Assembly: GCA_030704615.1 (NCBI GenBank)
Contig: CM060732.1
Coordinates: forward strand, 72,602,001-72,666,000
Length of the DNA: 64,000 bases
Direction of reading: 5' to 3'
Source of the DNA: Takakia lepidozioides
Taxonomy: Eukaryota > Plantae > Bryophyta
Position 1 is the first letter of the stretch; each line of letters opens with the position of its first letter. The position numbers and the translations under genes are program-made. The notes beneath the pieces were generated by a model. The model searched no databases. It had not been told where the DNA came from and saw nothing but the letters and a program-made list of their open reading frames with translations. Shown one piece after another: positions 1 to 12,605 of the stretch.

Positions 1-153
1 CCATGGTTGACATCTGGGGCATTGGGTACCTTTTGTCTACTTCAAATATTATTCTGGATGCGAAGCTTTTGGGTTTGATGGAGAAATGCAAGCATCAGGT
101 GCCAGACCAAAGGCCAACTGCAGCAGAGTGTCTGGAGTTGCTTGATGCATGAT
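1..153 (+). CDS. 3' end of a protein kinase (subdomains IX-XI); gene begins upstream of the window
   Basis: Frame 1 reads PWLDIWGIGYLL...KCKHQVPDQRPTAAECLELLDA*: DIWGxG (subdomain IX) and RPTAxECL (subdomain XI). Confidence 0.7.
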
Positions 154-867
154 ATGTAGTCTAGTAAATGATGCAGAACTTCGGGAAGCTGAGGTGTTCT
201 TGGCGGTTTATTAGGGAGCTGAAGTCTTGTTTAGACTCAAACCTTCTGGGTGGTTTATTAGGAAGCTTAAGTCAAAGCAAAGGTGCTACTGCCTAGATTT
301 ATGTTGATCACCTTCAATGGTTTCCTGCTTCCTTTGGCGCAGAATCTTGGTCTGTTTACTCCCGACACTTGCGCCTTCCCATCGCACTCAATAGACTGCC
401 ACAGTTCTGTCTGGATAAAGATATAAATTATGTCCGAAAACCCTTGTGGGTGACCAACCTTCAGGGTGCCACTCTGGCCAACCTAATGCCGAATGATAGT
501 ACCACAAGAAACGCAGACCTTCAGGTGAGTATTTGTATCAACAGCAAGGGGAGTCTTTTTGGTTCATTCACAGCAAACAGCAGACTGATTTAGAGACATT
601 CTCAAAATCCTCCTCGGAGCTCCAGTGTAACACGCAATGGACCCTTTCTCACAAGCGGACTAGGAAGAAAGGAAGAGCGCAAAGAGAGGATGAAAAAAGT
701 GGGAAAGGATTATATTGGCTGCACAGGCTTCGTTAGGGATGAACTCACTTTATCATCCGTGGGGACACATCCATTCAATTTTCATCCCTGTGATTCGGTG
801 GACGTCATCTATCTCCTCGTAGTCTCAATGGATGTATGAACCCCAAGTACTTGGATGTATAATAAAG

Positions 868-888
868 TTTAGGGTTTAGGGTTTAGGG
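868..888 (+). repeat. Three tandem plant telomere repeats (TTTAGGG)3, interstitial / telo-box-like
   Basis: tttagggtttagggtttaggg read directly. Confidence 0.75.
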
Positions 889-2078
889 GTCCATGTCGGG
901 TTTCAAATCTTCATCTGATTTTTGTTACGTCTCTTGCTTCTTGGTTGAACGGTGTTGTGTTTGTCTTCGCATCCTACTTTCTTTGTGGGATTGTTGGTTA
1001 TGGAAACCATGGTTGATGGTTTAGGGTGTCAGATAGTGCGTCAAGGAGGGAGTCTGGTGAGTGTAAGTTTGTAGGGTTTGCTACCAATGTGAAGAATGAG
1101 TTTTTGTTCTCTCTTCAGTACTTTGATGCATGTGACCTGCGAATCAGTAGTGTTGTTCAAACCTTTACGATTTCTTGAGTACCATCTTCAGAGGATATAA
1201 AGCTCTCGCCGAAATTGTGCGCATGTTTTGAGCTGTTAACAGTTTTATGTAGAATCTCAGGGGATTGCAGCCCAGCTCCCCCGATCAACATAGTGCATTA
1301 TAAGGCCTCCTTCTGTTAAATGTTATGGTTTTGATACTCTATAAAAAAATACACTACCATGTCAAGAGTGTTAAATGGTTATTTGTTATGACATCCTACT
1401 CTTCATAGTGTTAATGCACCTCCATAGTAGTTAGATTCCATAAAGACATACCCTCAAAATAGAGCATCCATTATGCCTTTCCTTGTTCCCCTGAAGTTAC
1501 GAATTGGAAAGCGACGGCTCTCGTTAAGGGCCGCAACGCCGCAATGGTGAGTTATGAGATAGAACATAGAAGAACACTGATTGGTTATTCTATAGGTAAA
1601 GAGCACCATCATCGGCTTTTGAGCATGTAGATGGTAATCAGCATGTCAGCCACCATGTGCAGCCATTTTCAGTTGCAGAAAATTAGCTGCGATTACAACA
1701 GCCCATCAATAACGTGCCTTCAAGTTGTTATTTTAAATTGAGGTGCAAGCACCGAAGCCACTCATTCATAGCACACTGATCTGTTTGTGATGACTTCTTC
1801 TATGATATGCAAATACTACGAGCTTATGTCTCTTGAGGAGAGGGCACACTCATGCTTTCATTGTTATTGCAGGGACTGTTTTGTGTTGAGATGGATGGAT
1901 AATCCGCATAAGTGTAAATTACAGTTGAGATCTAGCATAGGCTTAGATTTTGCAGTAAGGACCAGAAGATTGAGGTGCATGTGCTACAAGAAGTACAGAA
2001 TTTTTCCTTTCTGGTCATGCAGCTGCAAATTTAAGCTCGAGATTATCGAGGTGGAGCCAAGTTCTCGATTGCTGGTGA

Positions 2079-3592
2079 GTGTGTGGGCTTCCCAGAGGTT
2101 TTAACTGTGTAGTTTCTGAGATGACCATCAGTAGAATCTTGAAAAGAAAATACGAGTACCTTGGTCCAGTTAAGTCCCAGTCCAAGAGAGCAAGAAAGGC
2201 TCTGTGTCCACGTGTAGAAGAAGCCACGTTCGCCTGGTTCTGTCTCATGCAAGACCGTAGTGCCACAATTACAGATGATCTCATATGTATAGCTGCAAAG
2301 CGATTTTATGAGAGAGAACCTAGAATAGACGGCGAGAGAACTCTCAATTTCTCTCATGGATGGGTACATGGATTCAAAAAGAGATTTGACATTAGAGGCT
2401 ACACACGACATGGTGAGGAAGCTTCTGCAAGTGATTCCCCGGAGGCTGAATCTCAAAATGGCAGCAATACGTCAACAAGTCTCCACGTACGCCCTGGCTG
2501 ATGTGTTCAACATGGATGAGACAAAGCTCTTTTACAGGCTCGAGCCCAACAAGACTTTGGCAACTATGAGGCTAAGTGGGAAGAAACAACATAACGAATA
2601 AGTGTGGCCTTGACTGCAAATGCCGATGGTAGTATGAAGTTGCCACCTGTGACTATCAACAAATCATTACGGCCCCACACACGTAGGAATATCACACGTC
2701 CATTCAATTTGGGCATTCAGTGGTTTGCTAACAGTAAGGCTTGGATAACGATATTGCTATTTGAGAAGTTCCTGTTGGATTTTGAAAGACGGATGCGCAT
2801 TGCAGGGAAGGAAAATGTACTTCTACTCTTAGACAATTTCTCTGGTCATAAGGTGGTTAATCTTGCCGCAGACCAATTACGTATCACCACCATTGTCATG
2901 CTTCTTCCCAATACAACAAGCAAATGACAACCTATGGACGCTGGGGGATCATCAAGGCTTTTAAGGCGCATTACAAAAAATTATTTATCAGTCATCAGAT
3001 TGATTGTTTGATGAAAAACAAGAACCCTGAGATTGATGTATATCAAGCTGTACTTATGGTTGAAAAAGTATGGCGTGCTCACATCAGTTCTGATGTCATT
3101 AGACATTGCTATCGATACTGTGGTCTTTACAGCTTGCCAAATCTAGATGGTAGCAACGTCTCGTAGGGGCTGGACGCTCACGACGAACTTTCAGGAAATG
3201 GATATACTGCTACAGCAATTTGCAGAGCTCTCCATCATTCATAATAGTGAGGTTCCAACCATGGATGCATTGGAGTTTGTTGAATTCGAAACACAATTCG
3301 ATCTTAACACTTTTTGAGCATACTAATGACAAGATTTGGGACAAAGTGACCCCTGCAGAGGAGATCGTTGAAGAACAGACGACGAAGAAACAATTTTGCC
3401 ACAACAACCCGTAGTATCTTTTGTGAGGTTCAAGCTGCCATTGACACTTTGCATTTATATCTTGCGCATCAAAACTCCGATATTAGTGCTTGTCTCGTGA
3501 AGTATTTATCAATCCAGAAGGAAGTGATTTTAGCTAGGTATTCTACTTCTCGACAAACCGACATTCTTTCATATTTTCAACCTACTCAATGA
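2079..3592 (+). pseudogene. Degenerate pogo/Tigger (CENP-B-like, DDE_1) transposase
   Basis: Across frameshifted ORFs: HTH-like FSHGWVHGFKKRFDI, DVFNMDETKLFYR, ALTANADGSMKLP, NSKAWIT, LLLLDNFSGH, LLPNTTSK, GIIKAFKAHY, and C-terminal RQTDILSYF. Stops and frameshifts present; TIRs not located. Confidence 0.9.
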
Positions 3593-4149
3593 TTAAATGT
3601 TATATTTCATTGGCAGGACCTGGTTTACTGTGCCTTTTGTGACTGTTAATTTATGAAAAATCTCCCTGCTTTCCGGTTATATGTGATACCTGGCTATCTG
3701 TTAGAAATTTCATACTCTAGAGGCCTAACATTAAAGCAGGCCGACCAACGCTTTTTTTTAGGCGAAATGGAGCCTAAAGCGAAAAAAACAAAGGGCTGCG
3801 ACAGCCCTATGTAAAATCTTGGGAAAAAAAACAAAAAATGGGCCAGAAAATAGGTGCGCACACGGGCTGGTACCACAAAGCTCCAAGGGAACATGCGAGT
3901 TGCGCCATAAATACACGTTCCCCACAGCCCTACATCTAGCTGCTGTCGCCCCCATCGCGCGATCAACGGTAGAGATCTCGCCATGCAGCACGACCTGGAT
4001 CGTTGGATCGCCAAGGTTTGGCCACCGCAAGGGCAGGCCGTCGCCACTGCGCGCAGCCCTACGGAGCTTCACCATCGCCATCTCTCCTCGCAGCTTGCTT
4101 TCCAAATTTCGCCTAAGATCTTTATACTGTAGTTTTTTTTAGTACCATA

Positions 4150-4785
4150 TTGCTCTTTCACATTGGGCTATGGTGTTACCTTGCTATTTGAAATTGAGGT
4201 CGTGATGTTTGCTGGCCCATTGTAGGACTTCTTTGATTAATTAGTTTCAGATTTCAGATTGTGAATGGGCTGTCCTGCCTCACTTGATATCAATTTGTTC
4301 CTTCACCATCCTCAATGGTGCCACCTTGCTACTTGAAATTGAGGCTATGGTTTTTGCTGGCCATCTTTGGACTTCTTTGATTAATTATTTTAGATTTCAG
4401 ATTGTGTGGGCTACCATGCCTACATTGGTACGAGTTTGCTCCTTCAAATTGGACTATGGTGTCACTTTGTTATTTGATATTGAGGCGATGCTTACTGCCC
4501 CGGATTAAGACTTGACCAATTAATTTAAGATTTCAGATTTTAAATAGAGTTGATTAATTATTTTAGATTTCATATTGTGAGTGGGCTGCCATGGTACGAG
4601 TTTGCTCCTTCAAATTGGACTATGGTGTCACTTTGTTATTTGATATTGAGGCCATGATGCTTGCTGGCCCAGTTTAAGACTTGATCAACAAATTTCAGAT
4701 TTCAGATTTTAAATAGACTGTTATGCCTACATTGCTTCTTGACATTAGGCAATGGTGCCACTTTGCTATTTGAGATTAGGCTGTA
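4150..4785. repeat. About five degenerate ~145-bp AT-rich tandem units, probably the interior of a non-autonomous DNA transposon
   Basis: The motif atggtg(t/c)ca(c/t)ttg(c/t)tatttga...tgagg...tttcagatt recurs near 4168, 4315, 4455, 4620 and 4752. Confidence 0.7.
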
Positions 4786-5496
4786 GTGCCAACAAATGCA
4801 CTTCGACTATGGCATTGTAGCCACAATGCAACAATATGTGGCCTTGTAGCCACTACTTTATGCCTCAATTTTTATTTGTATCGCCTATCCAATGCATACA
4901 CAAAATACTCAAATCGCCATATTGCATGCAAATGAAATAGCCTGTAGCCAGTTGATTTTTAGCTAAGCATCTATGTCATCGCCACCTTTGCACTTAGGTA
5001 GCCATCTAGGCTTCTAAGTCAAAATGAAAAAAAAAGCCCTATCACAAAAATGATTGAAGGAAATACGAGAAAAGCTTAAAATAGAGAAAACACGGCGCAT
5101 TTCTACAGGCCGAGAAGATGTGAAAGAGGATTTAGGATGAATGTAGTTTAGGAATATCATTCATCTACCAAGCACGTCCATCCCTTTCCTTTGGGGCTCA
5201 TCCCGCTCTTTTGCTGCGAGGACGAGGCGAGGGAAGAGCGATGGTGGCAAGCACACTAAGTTAGTGGGTACCTCAGCACCTGTCCTGCACAACTAGGGCC
5301 TCCATTGCTTTTCACTGCTCTTGTGAGGAGCTGTGCCGTCCGATAGCTAACGAGGGCACAAGCCAGCTATGGCACTGAGCATCAAAGCGAATGCACATGA
5401 TAAAGGTGAGAGGCAGCGAGTTTAGTTGCACGAGCCATGTAATGGGCTTGGGCAAGGGGGTGTGAGTGAGGAGAGGAGGACTTGAGGGAGAGAGGG

Positions 5497-8400
5497 ATGC
5501 TAGGGGACAGTGGTGAGAGCTATGATGATATTTATGCGGAGGTTTCTGAGAGCGAGGTCGTCGAAGAGGCAGAGAAAGTTGAACAGGAGCATGCCATGCG
5601 GAAGAGCCAGAGGATTCCCCCATACTTCGCTTCTTCTTATGCGATTATGCCGAATCCCACATGCGTCCCGACAATCGACACACAAGCCTCAACATTGCAG
5701 CCTTCCTGTGTCTCAAATAGCTACCTTCCTGCAGTTTCGAGTTTTAGAAATTCACCAGGCAATTCCTTCTACTCACAGTCCAATCAGATATCAATCGGCA
5801 CAAATGTTCCAATTACTGGTGAGAACGCGATGTCTCTTTCACTTGGCAATGGTTTGCGGCCTCCTGCTGTCCCGGTGGGCCACCTTCCCCTTCAACCCAT
5901 GAACCATCAGAAACCTCCACCGCCATTAGAGGTGAAGGAGTGTCAGAGTCGTCAGCAAAGGAAGGGTGATGTGCACAGCTCACTTGGCGCCACCCAGAGT
6001 GTGGGGGTGCAGGGTCCTGGACCTCGGTGCTGGCCGAGTAACGGTACAGGGGCTTCGAGTAACGGGGTATCGAATACTGAGCAGTCTCCCCAAGAGGAAG
6101 GGGAGCTGATGTCACCCTTCCAGCGATGCCCGGTGAAGATATCTCAAATTTAAAGGGGTTGCTGGCGGAGAAGGATGGGGCAATCTCAATTCTCCGCTCT
6201 CGACTTTTGCAAGTAAAGCATATTCTTTGTTTTGGACTTGAGTGGTTGTCGCATCTCTGCTATAAAACCCACTCGCTTCTTTCTTATTGACGATTGTGTG
6301 TGACCTTTGTCCATATTGACCTGCTTGGTATACTTGCGAACACACCACATCCACAATATGCTGTTCAAGAAAGAGAATTGGATCGGAGATGCGTTACAGT
6401 CCTTAAGAAAAGGGCAGGGGGAAATTCTTCAGAAATTTGGAGAGAGGATTCAATGACTAGGATTCACTGATTGGCATTGAAGACAGAATGGTCTCAGAGC
6501 TCGTTTTTGAATACTCTCAACATAGTAGTAACAAGGTCAGTTTTATGGGCGGACATAAATCAGGCAAACATTATTTTAAGTAGTTTTGTTCAGGCCAAGA
6601 AGGAACCTTTGTATCGGGAGGATAATTGTTCTAATCGTGTTGTCTCTAATATATGATTCAGAATGACTCGGATCTGCATGAACTTAGGAAAGTGGTGGAA
6701 CCCACAGTACTTCTCTGAAAGTGCCACAGCCGCAGGTGTGTCCCTCAATGTCTTTTGAAATCGAGAACAGCCACAGGGTTGTAATAGTAGAACAGCTGTA
6801 CTATCAAGTTGAGTCACGAGTTATTGAAGGCTTTAGGAAGGGACCAACGTCAGGCAGATAACCAATTGAGTACTTTCTGTGGGGCTCTAACTTCTTTGCT
6901 CACTGATTCTCATCACTTCTGTCTTGTGTAAACATGTAGCAAAGAGAGCTGGAGCGCCTCGCCTCAGAGCTATCTTTCAAGGTGTGCACCCTTCCTGCCA
7001 CCCCACCCGTGTAAGGAGTGTATTATTGACTACACTACAAAGATGTTTGCTAGCATAAACCTTTTGTGCCAGAGATATTTACTCAGGGCAGGGGACAGGG
7101 GACAGGAGGACAGCAGAATGGGGGCTTATAGTGTGCCAGAAGGATTTGGGAATATATCAGTATGTCAAGTAGGTGCTTGATTTGTTAGAAGCTCTCATGT
7201 CTAGGATCAGAGTGATGTGACTACTGATGCACAATTTGCTTTGGCCCAAAGCACGTTGAAAAGTTTGGGGGAGGCAGAGAGCAAGCGAATGTACTCATGC
7301 CATTCCCTGCGAACATCGTCTTGCCATAGCCTTACAGCCATTTGATCCCACAGGAAACCAAGCCTGGGGAGCCTTTATGGGGTTTGTGCCCATGAGGGTT
7401 TAGCTTATCCCCGCAGCACTTATTTTCTGACAACTGCCATTAAGGCGCTCATAGAGGCACTTGACCGCATGCAAACTCAACAACCTGGTTGCAGGGTTAC
7501 TGATTTTGATTCTATAGCCCTGCATTACCACAGAAATGACATGCCTGGGGAAGGCAAGTAAGGATCTGTCTGTACATGGTTAGCCCAGATTTTCTTAGAC
7601 AATAGAGCCTTCAAAGAATGCACCATCACTGACCCTCTAGTTTCACGCGCAGGACAGAGGTGGTTGGGGTACGAAAAGTGAAATTCAGGTTTTTCTCTCT
7701 ATTTCCTCTAACAAAGGAAATGAACAGATTCTGAACAACCAAGGGGGGGAGAGAATGTACTCATAAGATGTTGTTTGCCGTAGCCAAAAGGGCCTGGGCT
7801 TTTTGCTCAGCCTCGAGACTTTCAAAGTTGGTAAACAGAGGTACAGGCACAATTCCCTTGATAGATTTGAGGAGAGCATCTCTCCGGTGAGGAGAGTCTC
7901 TCTCTGGGGGGGGGAAGAGAGAGAGATTGTACTCATAAGACGTTGTTTGCCGTAGCCTTGTGGCCATTGACCCCGCGCCCAGTTTGAGCGGGAACAAAAG
8001 GGACAGAACCTACCTCTGTCAGGGGCTGACGTTGGTAGTAAGACTTACCTTGACATATAGAATTAATCCGGGTTTTCCAGATATCCTCTAGAAATCCCTT
8101 CACACAAGCATCAATCTACTGTGTCCAGAAGAGAGAGAGAGATTGTACTCATAAGACGTTGTTTGCCGTAGCCTTGTGGCCATTGACCCCGCGCCCAGTT
8201 TGAGCGGGAACAAAAGGGACAGAACCTACCTCTGTCAGGGGCTGACGTTGGTAGTAAGACTTACCTCCATATAAAGAATTAATCCGGGTTTTCCAGATAT
8301 CCTCTAGAAATCCTTCACACAAGCATCAATCTGCTGTGTGTGATTTGCCCAAAAACTAGGCCTCAGGAGGGCCTGGGCTTTTGGCTCAGCCTCGACTTTC

Positions 8401-10783
8401 AAAGTTGGTAAACAGGGTACAGGCACAATTCCCTTAATAGATTTGAAGAGAGCGTCTCTTTGGTGAGAGAACCCCGGACAGTGTATCAGAAATGAATACT
8501 GTCTTCAGATTGCCCACACAACGGGCAATTGCACTCTCCCGTTCCTCTCTGCTTCTGTTTGCTGTTCAAAGGTAGGCTTCCTGCCCTGAGTTTAAATTTC
8601 AGTCTAGTGCCGAGAGTGGGTAGACCCTTGAGGTCATCCAAGATATCCCCTCCCATGTCACGGACTGGAAACAAGTTCAGGGAAGTTTTCTGCCTAACTT
8701 CATTTTCATCGGACAATTTCTGGTAACAGGCATGGCTTTGGACACTACAGCCTCTAAGTCGGATTTATCCAGCAGGTCAAGACTTGCGGGTCCAGATTCA
8801 GATCCTTGAGAGTCTCTTCTACTCTCTTCTGCCAGGACTTAGCCTGTTTGACAGGGCGGTCCTGTTTCCAAGATATAGAGTCGATTAACTTAGGATATCT
8901 GGTGTTGGGCATATGTTGACATAAGTGGGTTTCCCTTCTTTTTTCCTTCCCTGGATAATCTGGCTTAGAGTGAAGATATGGTCCACACAGCCCCTGTTTC
9001 GCCGAAAGCCAGCTTGGCCTTCGTGGAAACAACCTCTAGACTCCAGATCAACTCGAGACGATACTTATAACTCTGCAGAATGTCTTGCCAACAGCATTGA
9101 GGAGCGTGATGCCACGGTAGTTCCCCGGTTCTTCTCTGTCACCCTTCTTGTATAGATTGACAATGACCCCCTGTCGCCAGCGAAAGGGGATCATTTCAGT
9201 CTTCCAGATAAGGTTAAAGAGGAGAACTAGGGCCTCTATCATGGGATCACCACCGTGCTTGATAAGCTCGTTGACAATTCCATCAGGTCCACCAGCTTTA
9301 TATCCATTTAAATGTTCAATTGCTTCCACAATCTCAGAAGAACTAATGGGAGCATTATAAGCCATTGAAATTGAATCCAGTTCATCAGGGCTGTTTTGAA
9401 TCATAGGAACAGTTTTTCCAACTGTGTCCCTCCATTCAGCAGAAGACCCCTCACTGTTAGACCTAGAAGAAGTTCTGCCAAGGTTACCCCATGTAGATTT
9501 TGCTCGTCTTGTGTAAACTTTGAGAATTGGTAAACCATTCAGGTACCAAATCTTTCAGTTACACGACGCACAGGCTCCGCACACATAGGGGCAGATTGTC
9601 CGTCAGACTGCTTGGGGACAATTACCCCGTGTATAGATTTTGCTCGTCTTGTGTAGACTTTGAGGATTGGTAAACCATTTAGAGTACCAAATCCTTCAGT
9701 TACACGACGTTCAGGCTCTGCACACTTAGGGACAGATTGTCCATCTGACGGCTTGGGACAATTACCCCGTGTATAGAATTTGTTCGTCTTGTGTAAACCT
9801 TGAGGATTGGTAAACCATTCAGAGTACCAAATCCTTCAGATTCAAGACGTTCAGGTTCCGTACACTTAGGGGCATCTTGTCCTTCTGGCTGTTTGGATTC
9901 AACCTCATCCAGAGCATCAAACCGATTAGAAACTCTCAAGTTGAAGTTGTTGCCCTTGGTTGTCTTCCTAGAGCGCCCCATTGAATCACCAATGTCTAAG
10001 ACCGCTCTCCAGCCAGTCAAGGGACGATTCTTTGAGATTGAATTGATGCGGACTCTATTAGAAGCACTTTTGGTCATTGCACCTTCAACGCACCCCTGTT
10101 ATCAAGTCTCAAGATGGTACCATTAGCCATGAAATCCAAGCCTAAGCTAGAGCATGTAGTTTTAAAGGACACATCGTCCATCCTGGGATTCACCCCAAAA
10201 CTACACATGAAGCCCTAGATTTGCATAAGTAACCAATTCCAGGGATCACCCTGAGGAGTGTTGATGTTGATAGGAGCTAAATTTTTGATTGTTTCGCAGG
10301 CCATACACAGGAACCAACCCGAGCCCAAGTGCCAAGTATGCTAGACAGAGCATACGACTGCCCAATTTGGGCGGAGGGGCTGCCCCCAAGCGGTAGGAGT
10401 CCGCTTGTTACCATTCAGAGATCACACTCCAGGGTGTTGCAGGGAATGGCCCGTGTAGGCATATTCTAAAGAGGGAAAGGCCCCAAGCTTTCCAACTAAA
10501 TCCAATGCACTACCTTACCTGAAGCAAAGCGCTTCAGGTCAAAACAAACAAGGACACGAGGTCACAAGGCCGGCATTTAGTCACAGAGACATTAATGTAC
10601 TCCCGTTTCAAGTCCACCCAATGTCAATAGGCTTCCTAGAGGACAGGGAGAAAAGAGAGAGAGAGAGAGAGATTGTACTCATAAGACGTTGTTTGCCATA
10701 GCCTTGTGGCCATTGACCCCGCGCCCAGTTTGAGCGGGAACAAAAGGGACAGAACCTACCTCTGTCAGGGGCTGACGTTGGTA

Positions 10784-10820
<37 letters not shown>

Positions 10821-12564
10821 TACTCATAAGACGTTGTTTGCCGTAGCCTTGTGGCCATTGACCCCGCGTCCAGTTTGGATGGATCATAAAGGGACAGAAC
10901 CTACCTCAGTCAGGGCTGACGTCGGTAGTAAGACTTACCCTCATAAAGGACGTTGATTCGGGTTTTCCAGATATCCTCTAGAAATCCTTTCACACAAGCA
11001 TCAATCTGCTGTGTGTGGTTTGTCCAGTAACTAGGCCTCAGAAGGGCCTGGGCTTTTGGCTCAGCCTCGAGACTTTCAAAGTTGGTAAACATAGGTACAG
11101 GCACAATTCTCTAGATTGGAGGAGAGCTTCTCTCTGTTGAGAGTACCCCGGACAGTGAATCAGAAAATGAATATTGTCTTCGGGTTGCCCACACAACGGG
11201 CAATTGCACTCTCCCGTTCCTCTCTGCTTCTGTTTACTGTTCAAAGGTAGGCTTCCTGCCCTGAGTTTAAATTTCAGTCTGGTGCCGAGAGTGGGTAGAC
11301 CCTTGAGGTCATCCATGATATCCCCTCCCATGTCACGGACTGGAAACAAGTTCAGGGAAGTTTTCTGCCTAACTTCATTTTCATCGGACAATTTTCTGGT
11401 AACAGGCATGGCTTTGGACACTACAGTCTCTAAGTCGGATTTATCCAGCAAGGTCAAGACTTGCGGGTCCAGATTCAGATCCTTGAGAGTCTCTTCTACT
11501 CTCTTCTGCCAGGACTTAGCCTGTTTGACAGGTGGTCCTGTTTCCAAGATATAGAGTCGATTAACATAGGATATCTGGTGTTGGACATGTGTTGCAACTG
11601 ACCCCACCATCTGACCTTGAATTCATCTCGTCGGGAGCTTAAGGGATGCCAACTCACCCGAACAGCCACATTGGCTGTTTTGGAGCATGCTGACATGCAC
11701 TCCCTAAGCACCCCCACTTTAATGGATTCTAGAGACTTAGCCTGGTTGGAGTTATCAACCCATATAGCAGATCCGTACTCCAAGGCAGGTCTGATAACGC
11801 GGCAAAGCAAGGTTTTCTTGACCTCAGAGTAAATCCCTCTGCAGTGGAAAAATTTAGTGTGACTCAGCGCTTTGCCCTTGCCAGTCTGAACAACTTTCTG
11901 GATATGTGCATCCCAGTTACAGTTGGAGGAAAACTCAACGTCCAGGTATGTGTAGGGAGAGAGGACTGGAATCTCTTGGCTACCCCACTGCCACACTTAA
12001 GATCACTTCCTCCCTCTCCTCTGTCGTTGAATGCCACCACTGCACATATACTGACATTAGCCTCTAGCCCCCAAAGATCAACGTATCTCTTCGCGCAATC
12101 AATCAATTCCTGGAGGTTGGAAGGAGTCTCCCCTATGCCTGCGAAGTCATCCGCAAACATAAGGGCTGGAATGGTGGCATCACCCACCCTTAACCCAAAT
12201 CCCTCACGTTCCACATCCTCGAGGAGTTGATTGATGAAAACATTGAAGAGCAGAGGGGAGAGGGTACATCCTTGAGCTACACCTTGGTCTATGTCAAAGA
12301 AGTTAGACTTCTGTCCATTAACAGTGACACAGCTTTTGGTGTGAGCATACAAGTTATGGACAACTCTCCACAGTTTTCCCCCGCAAGACCAGAGGCGGAG
12401 CCATAGACCATCTCTCCACACTGTGTCATAAGCCCCACAGCCCCTGTTTCGCCGAAAGCCAGCTTGGCCTTCGTGAAAACAACCTCTAGATTCCAGATCA
12501 ACCTCGAGACGAGTACTTATAACTCTGCAAAATATCTTGCCAACAGCATTGAGAAGCGTGATGC

Positions 12565-12605
<41 letters not shown>

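Noticed and set aside
868-888. Chromosome end
   Set aside because: Only three repeat units, internal to ordinary sequence.
5482-6153. 223-aa ORF as a standalone gene or LINE ORF1
   Set aside because: It is ATRIP exon 1; a one-base correction joins it to the coiled-coil motif and the splice donor at 6213.
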